DNA from: the human T2T-CHM13v2.0 reference genome, Homo sapiens
Assembly (NCBI RefSeq): GCF_009914755.1
Contig: NC_060930.1
Direction: 5' to 3' (one strand)
DNA length: 64,000 nt
Both the position numbers and the translations under genes were made by a program. The notes beneath the pieces are model-generated. The model was not told the DNA's origin, searched no databases, and was given only the letters and a program-made list of their open reading frames with translations. Within the stretch, counting starts at the first letter, position 1; each line of letters starts with the position of its first letter. This document shows positions 1-11,216 of the stretch, in pieces.

Positions 1-312
1 CTTTTGGGCTTAATTCCTGAGGTACAGTCATATGGCATGCACCTCAAGGTAGCCTCTGAATGGTGACTTGCAACCTAAACCTTACATATATTCTCAAAAC
101 TTTCCTGGAAAGCTAAATTTTGACCTCAATTTTTTTTTTATCAGAGAGTACGCATTGTACATCGTCCTTTTCTGAATAAATTAACCACAGGCTATAATCT
201 TTATTTATTTGATGAAGAAATATGTCTTCAACATCTAAAAATCTTAATAATATACTGTATTAACTTTGTGCAGTAGGTGGCAGAAATCAGGAAATACCTG
301 CAGCCTTTATGT

Positions 313-915
313 TGTGCAGTGAAAGGTAAACTCAGCAGACCTGGGCTACCCAAACCCCACATGCTCCAAAGGACTTCAGGACTGGCCTTTGAGTCACTCC
401 TGGAAGATATCCTCAAAGCCCTTGGAATAGCCTGCCTGAAAAGCATGTCTTTGAGTACTTTGGGCCCTGGACAAAGCCAGATAGTTATGATGAATGCATG
501 TTTTATTCACTTGAAGCCCAGGGCCATCAGTTTCTCATATGGAGAGGAGTTAGCTGGAGATTGAGTAGATTATGTCAGTCACGTAGGTCATTTCATGCCT
601 ATATAACTGACCCCTAATATAATCCCAGAACACTAAAGCTTGGATGAACTTTCCTGTTTGGCAATACTTCACAAGTGTTGTCACATATTGTTGCTGGAAG
701 AATCAACTACTGTTCATCTGACTCCTCTGAGAGAGGATAACCAAAAGTTTGCACCTAGTCTTGCTTGGACTCTGCCTATGTGCCTTTTTTCTTTGCTGAT
801 TTTAATCTGTATTCTTTTCTGTAGTGAACCATAACCATGAGTATAACAGCTTAGCTGAGTTCTGTGAGTCCTTCTAGCAATCATCAGATCTAAGGCTGGT
901 TTTGAGGACCACCAC
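313..915 (+). mobile_element. Solo LTR, MER77-like (MER21/MER68/MER77 group)
   Basis: Starts TGTGCAGTGAAAGGTAAACTCAGCAGACCTGGGCTACCCAAACC and ends ...GAGTCCTTCTAGCAATCATCAGATCTAAGGCTGGTTTTGAGGACC, matching the recalled MER77 5' end and the shared MER21/68/77 3' end. Confidence 0.7.
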
Positions 916-1274
916 CAAGGTCAGACATTTTTCCGAAAGCTTAAATGATCAGATGGATAAATAAAATTACTATTCATAAACTTGCTAAGTTTTAGAATTT
1001 CATGGCAAAATAATTTCATCTGCAATGCTGACTTGGCACTTCCTGTATACACATGCATGCATTCATACACAATCTCATGTGTGAACATGCACACACACAA
1101 ACACATACATATAATACATTGTAATGCTTTGAACAATGTCTTTCTCTGATGAACAATAAATCTAGTCAATCACACAGCCTACTGCATCAGAACGTTTCAT
1201 AGAAAGATACTAGTATCTCTTTCTTTGGTGGATTGATATATAGCTGCATTATCTACTTTAAGATAGTTTGACTG

Positions 1275-1342
1275 AAGATGAAATGAGCTAACATGTAAAA
1301 GTGGCTGTCACAGTGCCTCTCAGAGGGGTAGACATTAAGTAT
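1275..1342 (+). mobile_element. MIR 3' fragment
   Basis: GATGAAATGAGCTAACATGTAAAAGTGGCTGTCACAGTGCCT resembles the MIR tail (GATTAAATGAGATAATGTATGTAAAGCGCTTAGCACAGTGCCT). Confidence 0.5.
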
Positions 1343-1410
1343 CCCTTCCTTTCTTCCTTCCTCTTTCCTTCTTTCTTCTTTCCTCTTTCCCTTTCTTCAT
1401 CTCATTTTTC
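1343..1410. repeat. CT-rich low-complexity tract
   Basis: Nearly pure pyrimidine run CCCTTCCTTTCTTCCTTCCTCTTTCC... Confidence 0.8.
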
Positions 1411-2679
1411 CATTTTGGGACAAGCAGATATTTCTTCCTATAGAACCCTCAGTTATAATCTCTGAACACCTCATCTAATAGATAAATGTTTTAGAATTTT
1501 GACTCTATTGAATTGTAGGTATAGTATCATGTGACATGCTCTTGGAGAATTTAAGAGGTAACATAGAATTCACCTTCCTTCCTGCTCTACCACCAATCAC
1601 GGCAGCATATTCTCACCACATGGCTTTATACTGTGATTCCACGCTGGCCTGTACAAATGGAGCCAAGTCAAATGGATGATGCATATAATTTCAAAATTGA
1701 GAAACCATTATTTACATAACAACAAAATAAAGGTCTTTGTTTTTCTCATGTATCAATACCTATAGGTAAGTCTATTGATTGTACTGTTGCAGAGCCTTGT
1801 TTTCTGCAAAACGTTGGCAATGTGTTATTTGAAACCAGATGTTTTCTTAAGAAATAAACCTGCTAAACTTGTTTCCTGTGGAAACTGGAAATTTGTTTTA
1901 TTTTATAGTTTAAAATGCCATAAATGCAAGATCTTCCATTGGTTGAATCAATATAGCCTTCTAAATGTGATTTCTGGTTCTAAATGTGTGCCTGTTCTAA
2001 ATGGTTCTAAATGCTGACACCTGAAAACCTTTTTGCATATATTCACATACGACTATGACTATTTCTGCAGTAATTATTATTGAGACTTACTATAATAATG
2101 ATAAGGCTGTATATAAATTATACCTTACTAAAAATTTAAAATCTAGGAATTTACTGAGAGAGCATAAAGTATGGTTGTAATAGAGAAAACAAATGATTGA
2201 AATGGCTTAAATGCAAGCCTTTAATATTAATTTTGAGTATTTTAATGCAAATAAAACCAATTATGACAGTGTGCTCAAATTGGTAAACAACCAATCTGTG
2301 ACTTTATGAAAATATATTTATGACAGTCATACTTGCCTTACTCTTAAGTGTAGTATTTGTCCTTAAGTTGGGAGCACCATAAATTAATTTTAAAGCAAAA
2401 CATATGACCCTCATCCAATGTTTTAAATGAATTGCTTCCTACTAGGAAAACAAAACATCTCAGGACATCAAATACTTCTAGTAATCAAGATGTTTTGTTT
2501 AAATTTGCTAATGTAAACTTCAACTCTATTTGGTTGCACTTTAAAAAAGCATACTAGAAAATGGGGAATATTTGAAACATGCATTTTTAAAAGCTAGGTG
2601 TTATCTTACTCAGAAGATGTTAAAAGCTTCTTTATACATTTTATTTGAAAGTAATTTCCAAAAAAGGGATGCTTGGTGG

Positions 2680-3059
2680 GTATATGAAAAGGTGTTCAGT
2701 ATCACTAATCATCAGGGAAATACATATCAAAACCATAATGGAATATTACCTCACAGCTGTTAGGATGGCTTTTATCAAAAAGACAAAAAATAACAAGTAT
2801 TAGTGAGACTGTGGAAGAGAAGGAACCCTCACACACCACTGATAGGAATGTATATCAGTATAGGCATTATTAAAAACATTATGGAGATTCTTCAAAAATG
2901 TAAAACTAAGAATACTATATAATCAAACAATCCCACTTCTGGGTATATATCCAAAGGAAATGAGATCCATGTATAAAAGAGATATGTACTCTCCCATATC
3001 CATTGCAGATTTACTCACAACAGTGAAGATACTGAAACAATATAAATGTTCATTGATGG
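2680..3059 (+). mobile_element. Old L1 (L1MA9/10-like) ORF2 3' end, left half, interrupted by L1PA8
   Basis: Degenerate ORF2 C-terminal sequence (TATATGAAAAGGTGTTCAGTATCACTAATCATCAGGGAAAT...CAATCCCACTTCTGGGTATATATCCAAAGGAAATG); continues at 4488. Confidence 0.8.
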
Positions 3060-4487
3060 AAAAGAATACAGCTGGAGGCATCATGCTACCTGACTTCAAA
3101 CTACACTACAAGGCTACAGTAACCAAAACAGCATGGTACTGGTACCAAAACAGACATATCGACCAATGGAGCAGAACAGAGACCTCAGAAATAAAACAAC
3201 ATGTCTACAACCATTTGATCTTTGACAAACCTGACAAAAACAAGAAATGGGGAAAGGATCTCCTATTCAGTAAATGGTGCTGGGAAAACTGGCTAGCCAT
3301 ATGCAGAAAACTGAAACTGGACCCCTTCCTTACACCTTATATGAAAATTAACTCAAGATGGATTAAAGACTTAAATGTAAAACTGAAAACCATAAAAATC
3401 CTGGAAGAAAACCTAGGCAATACCATTCAGGACATAGGGATGGGCAAAGACTTCATGATGAAAACACCAAAAGCAATTGCAACAAAAGCCAAAATTGACA
3501 AGTGGGATTTAATTAAATTAAAGAGCTTCTTCACAGCAAAAGAAATAATCATCAGAGTGAACAGGCAACCTACAGAGTGGAAGAAAATTTTTGCAATCTA
3601 CCCATCTGACAAAGGTCTAATATCCAGAATTTAAAAGGAACTTAAACATATTTACAAGAAAAAAAAAACAACCTTATCAAAACATAGGCAAAGGATATGA
3701 ATGGACACTTCTCTAAAGAAGACATTTACATGGCCAAAAAATATACGAAAAAAAGCTCGACATCATTGATCATCAGAGAAATGCAAATCAAAACTATAAT
3801 GAGATATCATCTCATGCTAGTCAGAATGATGATTATTAAAAAGTTAAGAAACAATAGATGCTGGTGAGGCTGTGGAGAAATAGGAATGCTTTTACACTGT
3901 TGTTGAGAATATAAATTAGTTTAGCCATTATGAAAGACAGTATGGTATTTCCTCAAGGATCTAGAACTGGAAATACCATTTGACCCAGCAATCCCATTAC
4001 TGGGTATATATCCAAAGGAATATAAATCATTCTACTATAAAGACACATGCACACATATGTTTACTGTAGCACTATTTACAATAGCAAAGACATGGAACCT
4101 ACCCAAATGCCCATCAATGATAGACTGAATAAAGAAAATGTGACACATATACACCATGGAATACTTTGCAGCCATAAAAAGGAATGCCATCATGTCTTTT
4201 GCAGGGACATGGATGAAGCTGGAAGCCATCATTCTCAGCAAACTAACACAGGAATGGAAAATCAAACACCACATGTTCTTGAAGATTAAGAACACATGGA
4301 CATAGATGGGGAATAATACACACCAAAGCCTGTTCAGGGGTGAGGGTTGGGGGATGAGGGGAGAGAACTTAGAGTACATGTCAATAAGTGCAGCAAACCA
4401 CCAATGGCACATGTATACCTATGTAACAAACCTGCACATTCTGCATATGTATCCTGTTTTTTTTTTTTAGAAGAAATAAAGGAAAAC
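3060..4487 (+). mobile_element. 5'-truncated L1PA8-like LINE-1 nested in L1MA9-like element
   Basis: ORF2 C-terminal peptide ([23 protein letters not shown]...). L1PA8-type 3' end GAACTTAGAG...GTATCCTGTTTTTTTTTTTTAGAAGAAATAAA. TSD AATGTTCATTGATGG (3045-3059) / AATATTCATTGATGG (4488-4502), 14/15. Confidence 0.9.
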
Positions 4488-5140
4488 AATATTCATTGAT
4501 GGGTGAATAAAGAAATTGTGGTTTATAAATATATATGTGTTCTGTGTGTGTATGTGTATGTATATATATATTATATAAAATGCAATATATATTATATATA
4601 TAATGCAATATATATATAATTTAATATCATTTGACATTAGAAAAGAAGGATGTCCTGCCTTTCACAACAACATGGATGGATGAACCTGAAGGACATTAGG
4701 CTAAATGAAAAAAAGCCAGACACAGAAAGAAAAATACTGTATGATCTCACTTATATACGGAATATAAAATAGTCAAATACACTGAAACAGGTAGTAGAAT
4801 GTTGGTTGCCAGGAATTTGAAGAGGTGGATAAAATGGAGGCAATGTTGATTAAAGGGTACAAACTTGCAGTTGTAAGTTCTGGGGACCTAAGGAAAAGCA
4901 TGGTGACTAGTTAATATAAGATTTTATACTTGAAATAGGGCTAAAAGAATAGGTTGTAAGTATTCTCATCATATGCAAAAAAAAAAAAAAAAGAAAAAAA
5001 AACCCTATGGGAGGTAATGGGTAATGTTAATTAGCTTGATCATCGTAATTTTACAAGGTATACATATTTGAAATCATGTTGTACACTTTGAATATATACA
5101 ATTTTATGTTTCAATTATGCCTCAATAAAGCTGGAAAAAG
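4488..5140 (+). mobile_element. L1MA9/10-like 3' end, right half (contains a TA/TG microsatellite at ~4530-4620)
   Basis: Resumes the host L1 after the TSD; ends ...CAATTATGCCTCAATAAAGCTGGAAAAAG, typical of L1MA9/10 tails. Confidence 0.8.
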
Positions 5141-5250
5141 AATAATTTTAGTCATCTCAGTCACTGAAAATTGACTTTCTTTAATAATCTTAAATCATTA
5201 CAATAATTATTCAAAACTTACATAGAGAAAATTAATAAACACTTGTAGGT

Positions 5251-5609
5251 TGTATTAGTCCATTTTCACACTGCTATAAAGAACTGCCCAAGACTGGGTA
5301 ATTTATAAAGGAAAGAGGTTTAATTGACTCATAACTCACCATGGCTGGGGAGGCCACAGGAAACTTAGAATCATGGCAGAAGGCAAAGGGGAAGCAAGGT
5401 GGGAGAGAGTGAAGGGGGAAGAGCTCCTTATACAACCATCAGATCTCGTGAGAACTCACTTACTATCAAGAGAACAGCATGGGTGAAACAGCCCCTATGA
5501 ATCAATTACCCCCACCTAGTCTCTCCCTTGATATGTGGGGATTATAGGGATTTTGGAGATTACAATTCAAGATGAGATTTGGGTGGGGACGCAAAGACTA
5601 ACCATATCA
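5251..5609 (-). mobile_element. MaLR solo LTR, THE1D-like
   Basis: Reverse strand reads TGATATGGTTAGTCTTTGCGTCCCCACCCAAATCTCATCTTGAATTGT ... GCAGTTCTTTATAGCAGTGTGAAAATGGACTAATACA; TG...CA termini, ~360 bp. Confidence 0.9.
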
Positions 5610-5659
5610 TGAGTATACATCTGGGTGGAGATTTTGACTTCCCCTTCGTAACAGGTTTG

Positions 5660-5780
5660 TGAAGCAGAAAGAGCCGTGGACTTGAAGCCACAACAAATTT
5701 GGTTTTCAGTCCTGGTCTGACTCCACCACTTGCCTGCCAGCATGAACTTGACCAAATTCATTTTGATCTTATCTGATCTA
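5660..5780 (+). mobile_element. MIR fragment
   Basis: GAAAGAGCCGTGGACTTGAAGCCAC...TTCAGTCCTGGTCTGACTCCACCACTTGCCTGCC resembles the MIR 5' region. Confidence 0.4.
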
Positions 5781-8744
5781 ATATATGAGGTGCCATGTTT
5801 TTAATGCTTTTTTAACCTGGTGTCCATAAAGACAACAGACTAACAGACTGGCAGATGACTACTGGCATAGCAAAGGAGAAAAATAATGCCATCCCACTGA
5901 CCTGAGCCCTGTCTTCTGCAGGTTTTCCCCCATCCTATCCACAACCTGGGAAAATTCTCCCAATCAAATCTTAAAAATAACTTCAACAACAGACAAGATG
6001 GCAATGGTAATTGTTGGTGTTGTGTGTAGCGGGGAGGAGGTTAAGGTAGAATTTAGGTGATCAATATTTCAGAATATAGCATTTTAGGATGATGATATGA
6101 GAATGGATTTCTTTAGTCCTATTTTAAGGTGGCTCCTATACGTTACATGCTGACAGAAATAACATATGGGTATTAGAAAAAAAAACACATGTTACATAAG
6201 ATATATGCTAGAAATATTTGTATTTTTGTAGCTGAGTCTTTGAGAGCAGGAATCCCAGAAGATATTTTACTGTAAAACATTAGCTTTCAATAGATTGGAC
6301 TTGGACTATTATCAAGGTTTAATTGTATTTTACTAAATATTACTGTAAGCATTTTAATTAATATTATAATTGCAATTACTATGAATTTTCTACATTCTTT
6401 ATATTAGGTGTATTTGTGAATTAACTCTTTCACCTTTTTACTCGTGATTTTAATAAATAATATTTCAAAAGAATGTGCAATTGAAAGAATGAAAGTTAGT
6501 ACCCAGTAACAACAGAGATTTGGGGACTGAAACTTATTCCTACTATCTTAGAACTTAGAATTAAAAAAAAAACTTGTTAAATAAGAAGACAAGAGCAACG
6601 TATTTTGAGAAAGTCATTAAGTTTGGTTTATTTTGTTTAACAAATACAATGTATGTTCTCTTTAGGCACATTTTAGAGATCCCTATATTGTTTCTGACTT
6701 TTAAAAGCTAATTGAAATGCCAAAGATTTGAGCATGAAGCATTAATTTCATTTGACCTTTTAAGAAAAAATTATTCTTGTTTATTTTTCAGAAAATGAAT
6801 TAGTCTTCTCTACCAATCATGTTAGAATGAGCCAGGTGGCAGATTATTTAATATCTTGCCTTTCACCTCTGGAGACTAGGGTTTAAATGTGGCTTAAGAA
6901 AACACCCAGAAGTGATTTGTGTACATCTCAAAACCCTTACAACTGGGCTTAAGCAGCAATCACTTGCAGCTGTAGAGATGCTCGTTCAAAAAAGCATCAG
7001 AAATGTCATAGGACCAAATCAGGGGATTTCAATAAAGGTATAAAGGCCACTCAGACAATCCATGTGGGATAAAGCTTATCAAAATAATGAACCTAAACGT
7101 CTGGAACTTTCCTAGTCAATGAAAAATAGCAAAGGGGCTTCCTCGGCTTTTTTATTTTTTTATTTTTTTTCTAAAAAAAAAAAAAAAACAAGGAGAAACA
7201 AAGAAAAATGAGTAGTCTCAAGTAGATCAGATTAAGTGGTAAAAGCATCCCTAAAGATATGCAAATTACATTGGTAAGTGAAAAAAAATAATAGTAAAAA
7301 GTATAGCTTACTAGTGCCCTCTAGTGTACCTTCTCTTCTGCTTTTTGTGGAATGTGTGTGTGTTTTTTGTTTTTTGGTTTTTGGTTTTTTTTGTAATGTT
7401 TTCTAGAGTGTAAGCAGGGGTTCTAACATAAATAAGTTTTAGAACAAGTGAAAACTAAAAAAAAAAGCTGTAAATTACTTAAAAATTAAATATTAATATT
7501 ATTGGAAAAGATAAAAACAGCCAAACTAATAATATTATTACGTGTATTTGCGTCAATAAACTAACATCATTGTCAAATTAAAGAAAGACTGAAAGACAGA
7601 AAAATGATACCATTTCCCCCTCCTCATGGATAGGCAAAACAGCCTTTTCCCTGAAAAATGTTTTGCTTCCCAGTAACTCTGTTTTGCATCCTAATTGTAC
7701 CATGTGCCAACAAAACAGATTGTTTGCTAATTGATATCATAAAGCAAGACAGCCCAGTGAAGGATGATAATTCTGACTACGGCTAGCAGCAGCTGATGTA
7801 GAGCTTGATAGAAATGCTGTCATTTTCAACACAAACTGCCTACAACTGACTTTTCACTGTAAATATAGAGATGTGACAGAAGCCTCACACACCCACCTTT
7901 ATTTTAAAAAATGAACAGATAATTCTGCTACAATACTCTTGTTACCAGTTCTAGTTTAGCTTGTAGCATTTTAAAGAAACTAAGTTTAGGGATATCATTC
8001 AGTCTCTGTACACAGCACTGGGGGACAAGGTAAAACCTTTCATCTATAGTCTATAGTCAGATGTAGGCTCATGAATAACATGTTTGCTTATGGATTTCTA
8101 GAGGAGAATAAAATAGCCAGAGCATGAACTATCTATCTATTGAAAATTCACAAGATGTCAATAAATTAGAATATAAAAAGTATATTTTACTTCAAGTATT
8201 TATAAATTCAGCCACAGCATATGTGAATAATGAAAATTATTCTCATATTTCTATGCATCTTTCACAGCAAAAATACAATATTGCTTAATGGGACTTAGCC
8301 TGTCAGCACAAAGAGTCCTTAAATAAAGAATTTTTCTATGTGAAAACTGATATTTTTAGGCATTAATAAATGTCTAGGGTGAAATTCAATGTGATTCAGC
8401 ACAGAGCAGCCTTTTGAATGTAGGTCCCTAAAGAACAATGGCTATGCAATGCAAATAATTTAGGCAATATAAAATGAGAAAATAAAGACATTTGGATAGA
8501 GAGGGAATGCTGACATGGGATGTGAAGGCTTTTAGTATAGTTCTCAAGGAGAAATGTTGAAGTAAAGGGGTGATGTACCACATGCCATAGTATACAGCAA
8601 CCTTTGTTCAAAAGAGTAACTATTTGTGGTTTAAAAAACTGAATTATCTTTTCTAGATATGCACTTTATTATAATCTCTCCTCAACCTAACTCTTCATTT
8701 TATTTTTCTGCAGAGTGAAATCTGATGTAAAAATAGGTGCATTA

Positions 8745-8935
8745 GACTCAGAATGTTTATGGTAGAAGAAAACATCAGAGACCATGTAGTCACCCCACTC
8801 CCAGACTCCCATTACTTAACAAGTAAGGAAACTAAGGCACATAGAGGTGAAATCAAATGTGTTTAAAATCACACAGCAAGTCAGTAGCAGAGACAGAAGG
8901 AAAATAAATCTCTAATATTTTATCCATAGTTTTTC
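8745..8935 (-). mobile_element. MIR/MIR3 fragment
   Basis: AAGTAAGGAAACTAAGGCACATAGAGGTGAAAT...ATCACACAGCAAGTCAGTAGCAGAG is the reverse MIR core. Confidence 0.6.
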
Positions 8936-9593
8936 AAAGTAGCTATTTTTCGTGCAATAAAAAGTCCTTTAAAATGTCGTTAAAATGGCTTAATTTTCTA
9001 CTTGTTTTTAGCTTTAGTTTCAACAATTTAGTTCTTAAAATGGGCAAAAGAAAAGGGCCAAGGGAACAAACTGCAGAGCGGATTGAAACCCCATCACAAT
9101 TGATGGCAAATTGTTTTGCAGTCTAAAGTTAATCCTGAAGCAGTAGTTGATGGACTTTTAATTAAGAAACAAACATCTATACATTTGTGAGCCTGTCAAT
9201 TTACACTTCTAACACTTCTGAGAACCATTAATTGACACAATCTAGGTGTTTGTGAGTAGCTCCACACTTCCATTTATTTTTCTATTTGCTAAAATTCTCT
9301 CCTTTTAACCTTAAATTTGTAAAGAAAAATCTGTGAAGATTGTAATTTTATTTATTTTCGCTAAATACAATCTAGCATTATTAATTCAAATGGCTTCTTC
9401 CATATATTATTTTAACACTTTACTCAAAGTTTTTGCCTAATCTTCAGACTGTCCTCATCGAATGTCTATCTGGGTCCTGAGGCTGCACGCTCAGATTTCT
9501 AAAGTAGGAAGCTGATTTTTTAGCAAACCAGCATATGTCATGGCATCACAGTTGGATCTTTGCCAGTACCAACAACAAACCCAGGAAATTGTT

Positions 9594-9677
9594 GATCACA
9601 GTGTGGCAAATAATACCATGATCACAATGTGGCAAATCACACTGTGGCAAATAATACCGTGACTAAAATCACAGTGT
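9594..9677. repeat. Short degenerate tandem repeat, unit ~GATCACAGTGTGGCAAATAATACCAT
   Basis: Copies at 9594-9619, 9620-9635 (partial), 9636-9662 and 9668-9677 (partial). Confidence 0.85.
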
Positions 9678-11216
9678 TCACATCTCCCTCTCCTCTCACT
9701 AAAGAGCACACTGAGCAGAAGAGAGAAAAAAATGTATGCAGAGTAAAAACAAAAAGGGAGGGAGATTTTGAGTTCCGAGTGTTCAACATCCAATTTCACT
9801 TTATGTCAAAGTTATAATCCATGTGACTTTGTTTTCCCTCTCCAGTGAGCATTAGTGCCATTGTGCCATATGCCACTGTTTGGAGCCATGTCTCCCTTAG
9901 TTATCCTTTAATTGGCTTGACCTATGGGAAGGATGGCTAGCAACCAAGCTAATTACATAAATCCACTCCAGGCTCTATAATTTTACTATAGACAGCTCTT
10001 CTGGGAGAATACAAAGGAAAAAACAATTTATCCAAAGTTTCAAACTTCTTCACATATTTCATATAGCAAAGCATGCGTTTCATAGCATGATAAAAGGTAA
10101 CAATGATTTGCTTCACTTACAATGTGACTTTAATTTTCTTCCCCCTCACATAGTTAAACACATAATTGATTTTAAATTTTACAAATGTATGAAAATTACT
10201 ATTTAAACAAAAAGTCAAAATTATAGTTAGAAAACTAATTTTAGGTTGCCAATTTTAATTCAGGCAGTTTTGATGGGGAAAAATATGATGGGATGCTAGA
10301 ATCTCTTTCAAAGTTAAAATAGTGGGGAAAAAGTTTCCAAAGAAAATCCATTTCATAGTTCTATAAGTATAACTTAATAAAAAGCAATAACACAGAACAG
10401 TCACAAATCAGAAAAAAAGGAAAATTGCCCAAATCAATAGATATGGGAGAACTAGTTGAACGTTGTACTTAAGGTTGAAAATCACATGTCTCTTGGGATC
10501 CGGACATAATGTGTTTTTTCATTGATACATCTATTATACAAACTTTATAGAATAATGGTTCGATTTTTAATACCTTTAGGACTATTGAATGGTGTCTCTT
10601 TGAACTATGAAAATACATAGACCCATTAATTAATTAATGGAATTTGAAGTGTGCATGATATACCTAATTTTGGCAGAATGATATATAATTGTTGAAATAT
10701 CGAGAAACGCTGTAAACTCTATACATATGTTTCAGAAAAGTATAATTATATTCCATGAATTCATGTATAGCCTTCAAGATCTCTGTTTAAGCAAGTCAAA
10801 TGGTAGTGACTAAAGGACACTTTTCCACATAATTTATTACTCCAAGTCTTTTTTGAGAAAAAGACAGAAACAACTCTACTAGTGCTGCATTACTTTAAAA
10901 TAACAAATATTTATTTTCAAAGACATCATACTTATTTATTGCTTCTCTTTAATACTGCTTCAATATTTTGACTAAACATGTATCATATTTATATTATATC
11001 AAAATTCCTAATTATTTCCTTTATTCCATGTATCCAGTTTTTGAAAGAATAAAGGGATTATTTGGTGATCTAAGGTAAAAAAAAAAAATAACAACAATAA
11101 CAAAAGTTTTGCCCATGACATTCAAAATTACCACTTTATTGTACAAATCATCAACGTTGGGATAGTATAACCAAAAGAGTAATACAATTTGAATGTATTT
11201 TCCATAAGATATATGG

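Noticed and set aside
1760-1771. Consensus splice donor TAG|GTAAGT
   Set aside because: No convincing paired acceptor or frame; isolated donors are common.
2960-3634. 224-aa ORF as a host gene
   Set aside because: It is L1 ORF2 C-terminal sequence from L1PA8 fused by chance to 33 codons of the older host L1.
5498-5508. DUX4 sites in THE1D (and in MLT2B at ~60988-60998)
   Set aside because: Both carry a mismatch in the AATCA core (TAATTGATTCA; TAATCCACTCA), so I do not call them.
9597-9676. V(D)J recombination signal (CACAGTG heptamers) or a CRISPR-like array
   Set aside because: No ACAAAAACC nonamer at 12/23 spacing, no unique spacers, no Ig/TCR segments or cas genes; the context is primate DNA.
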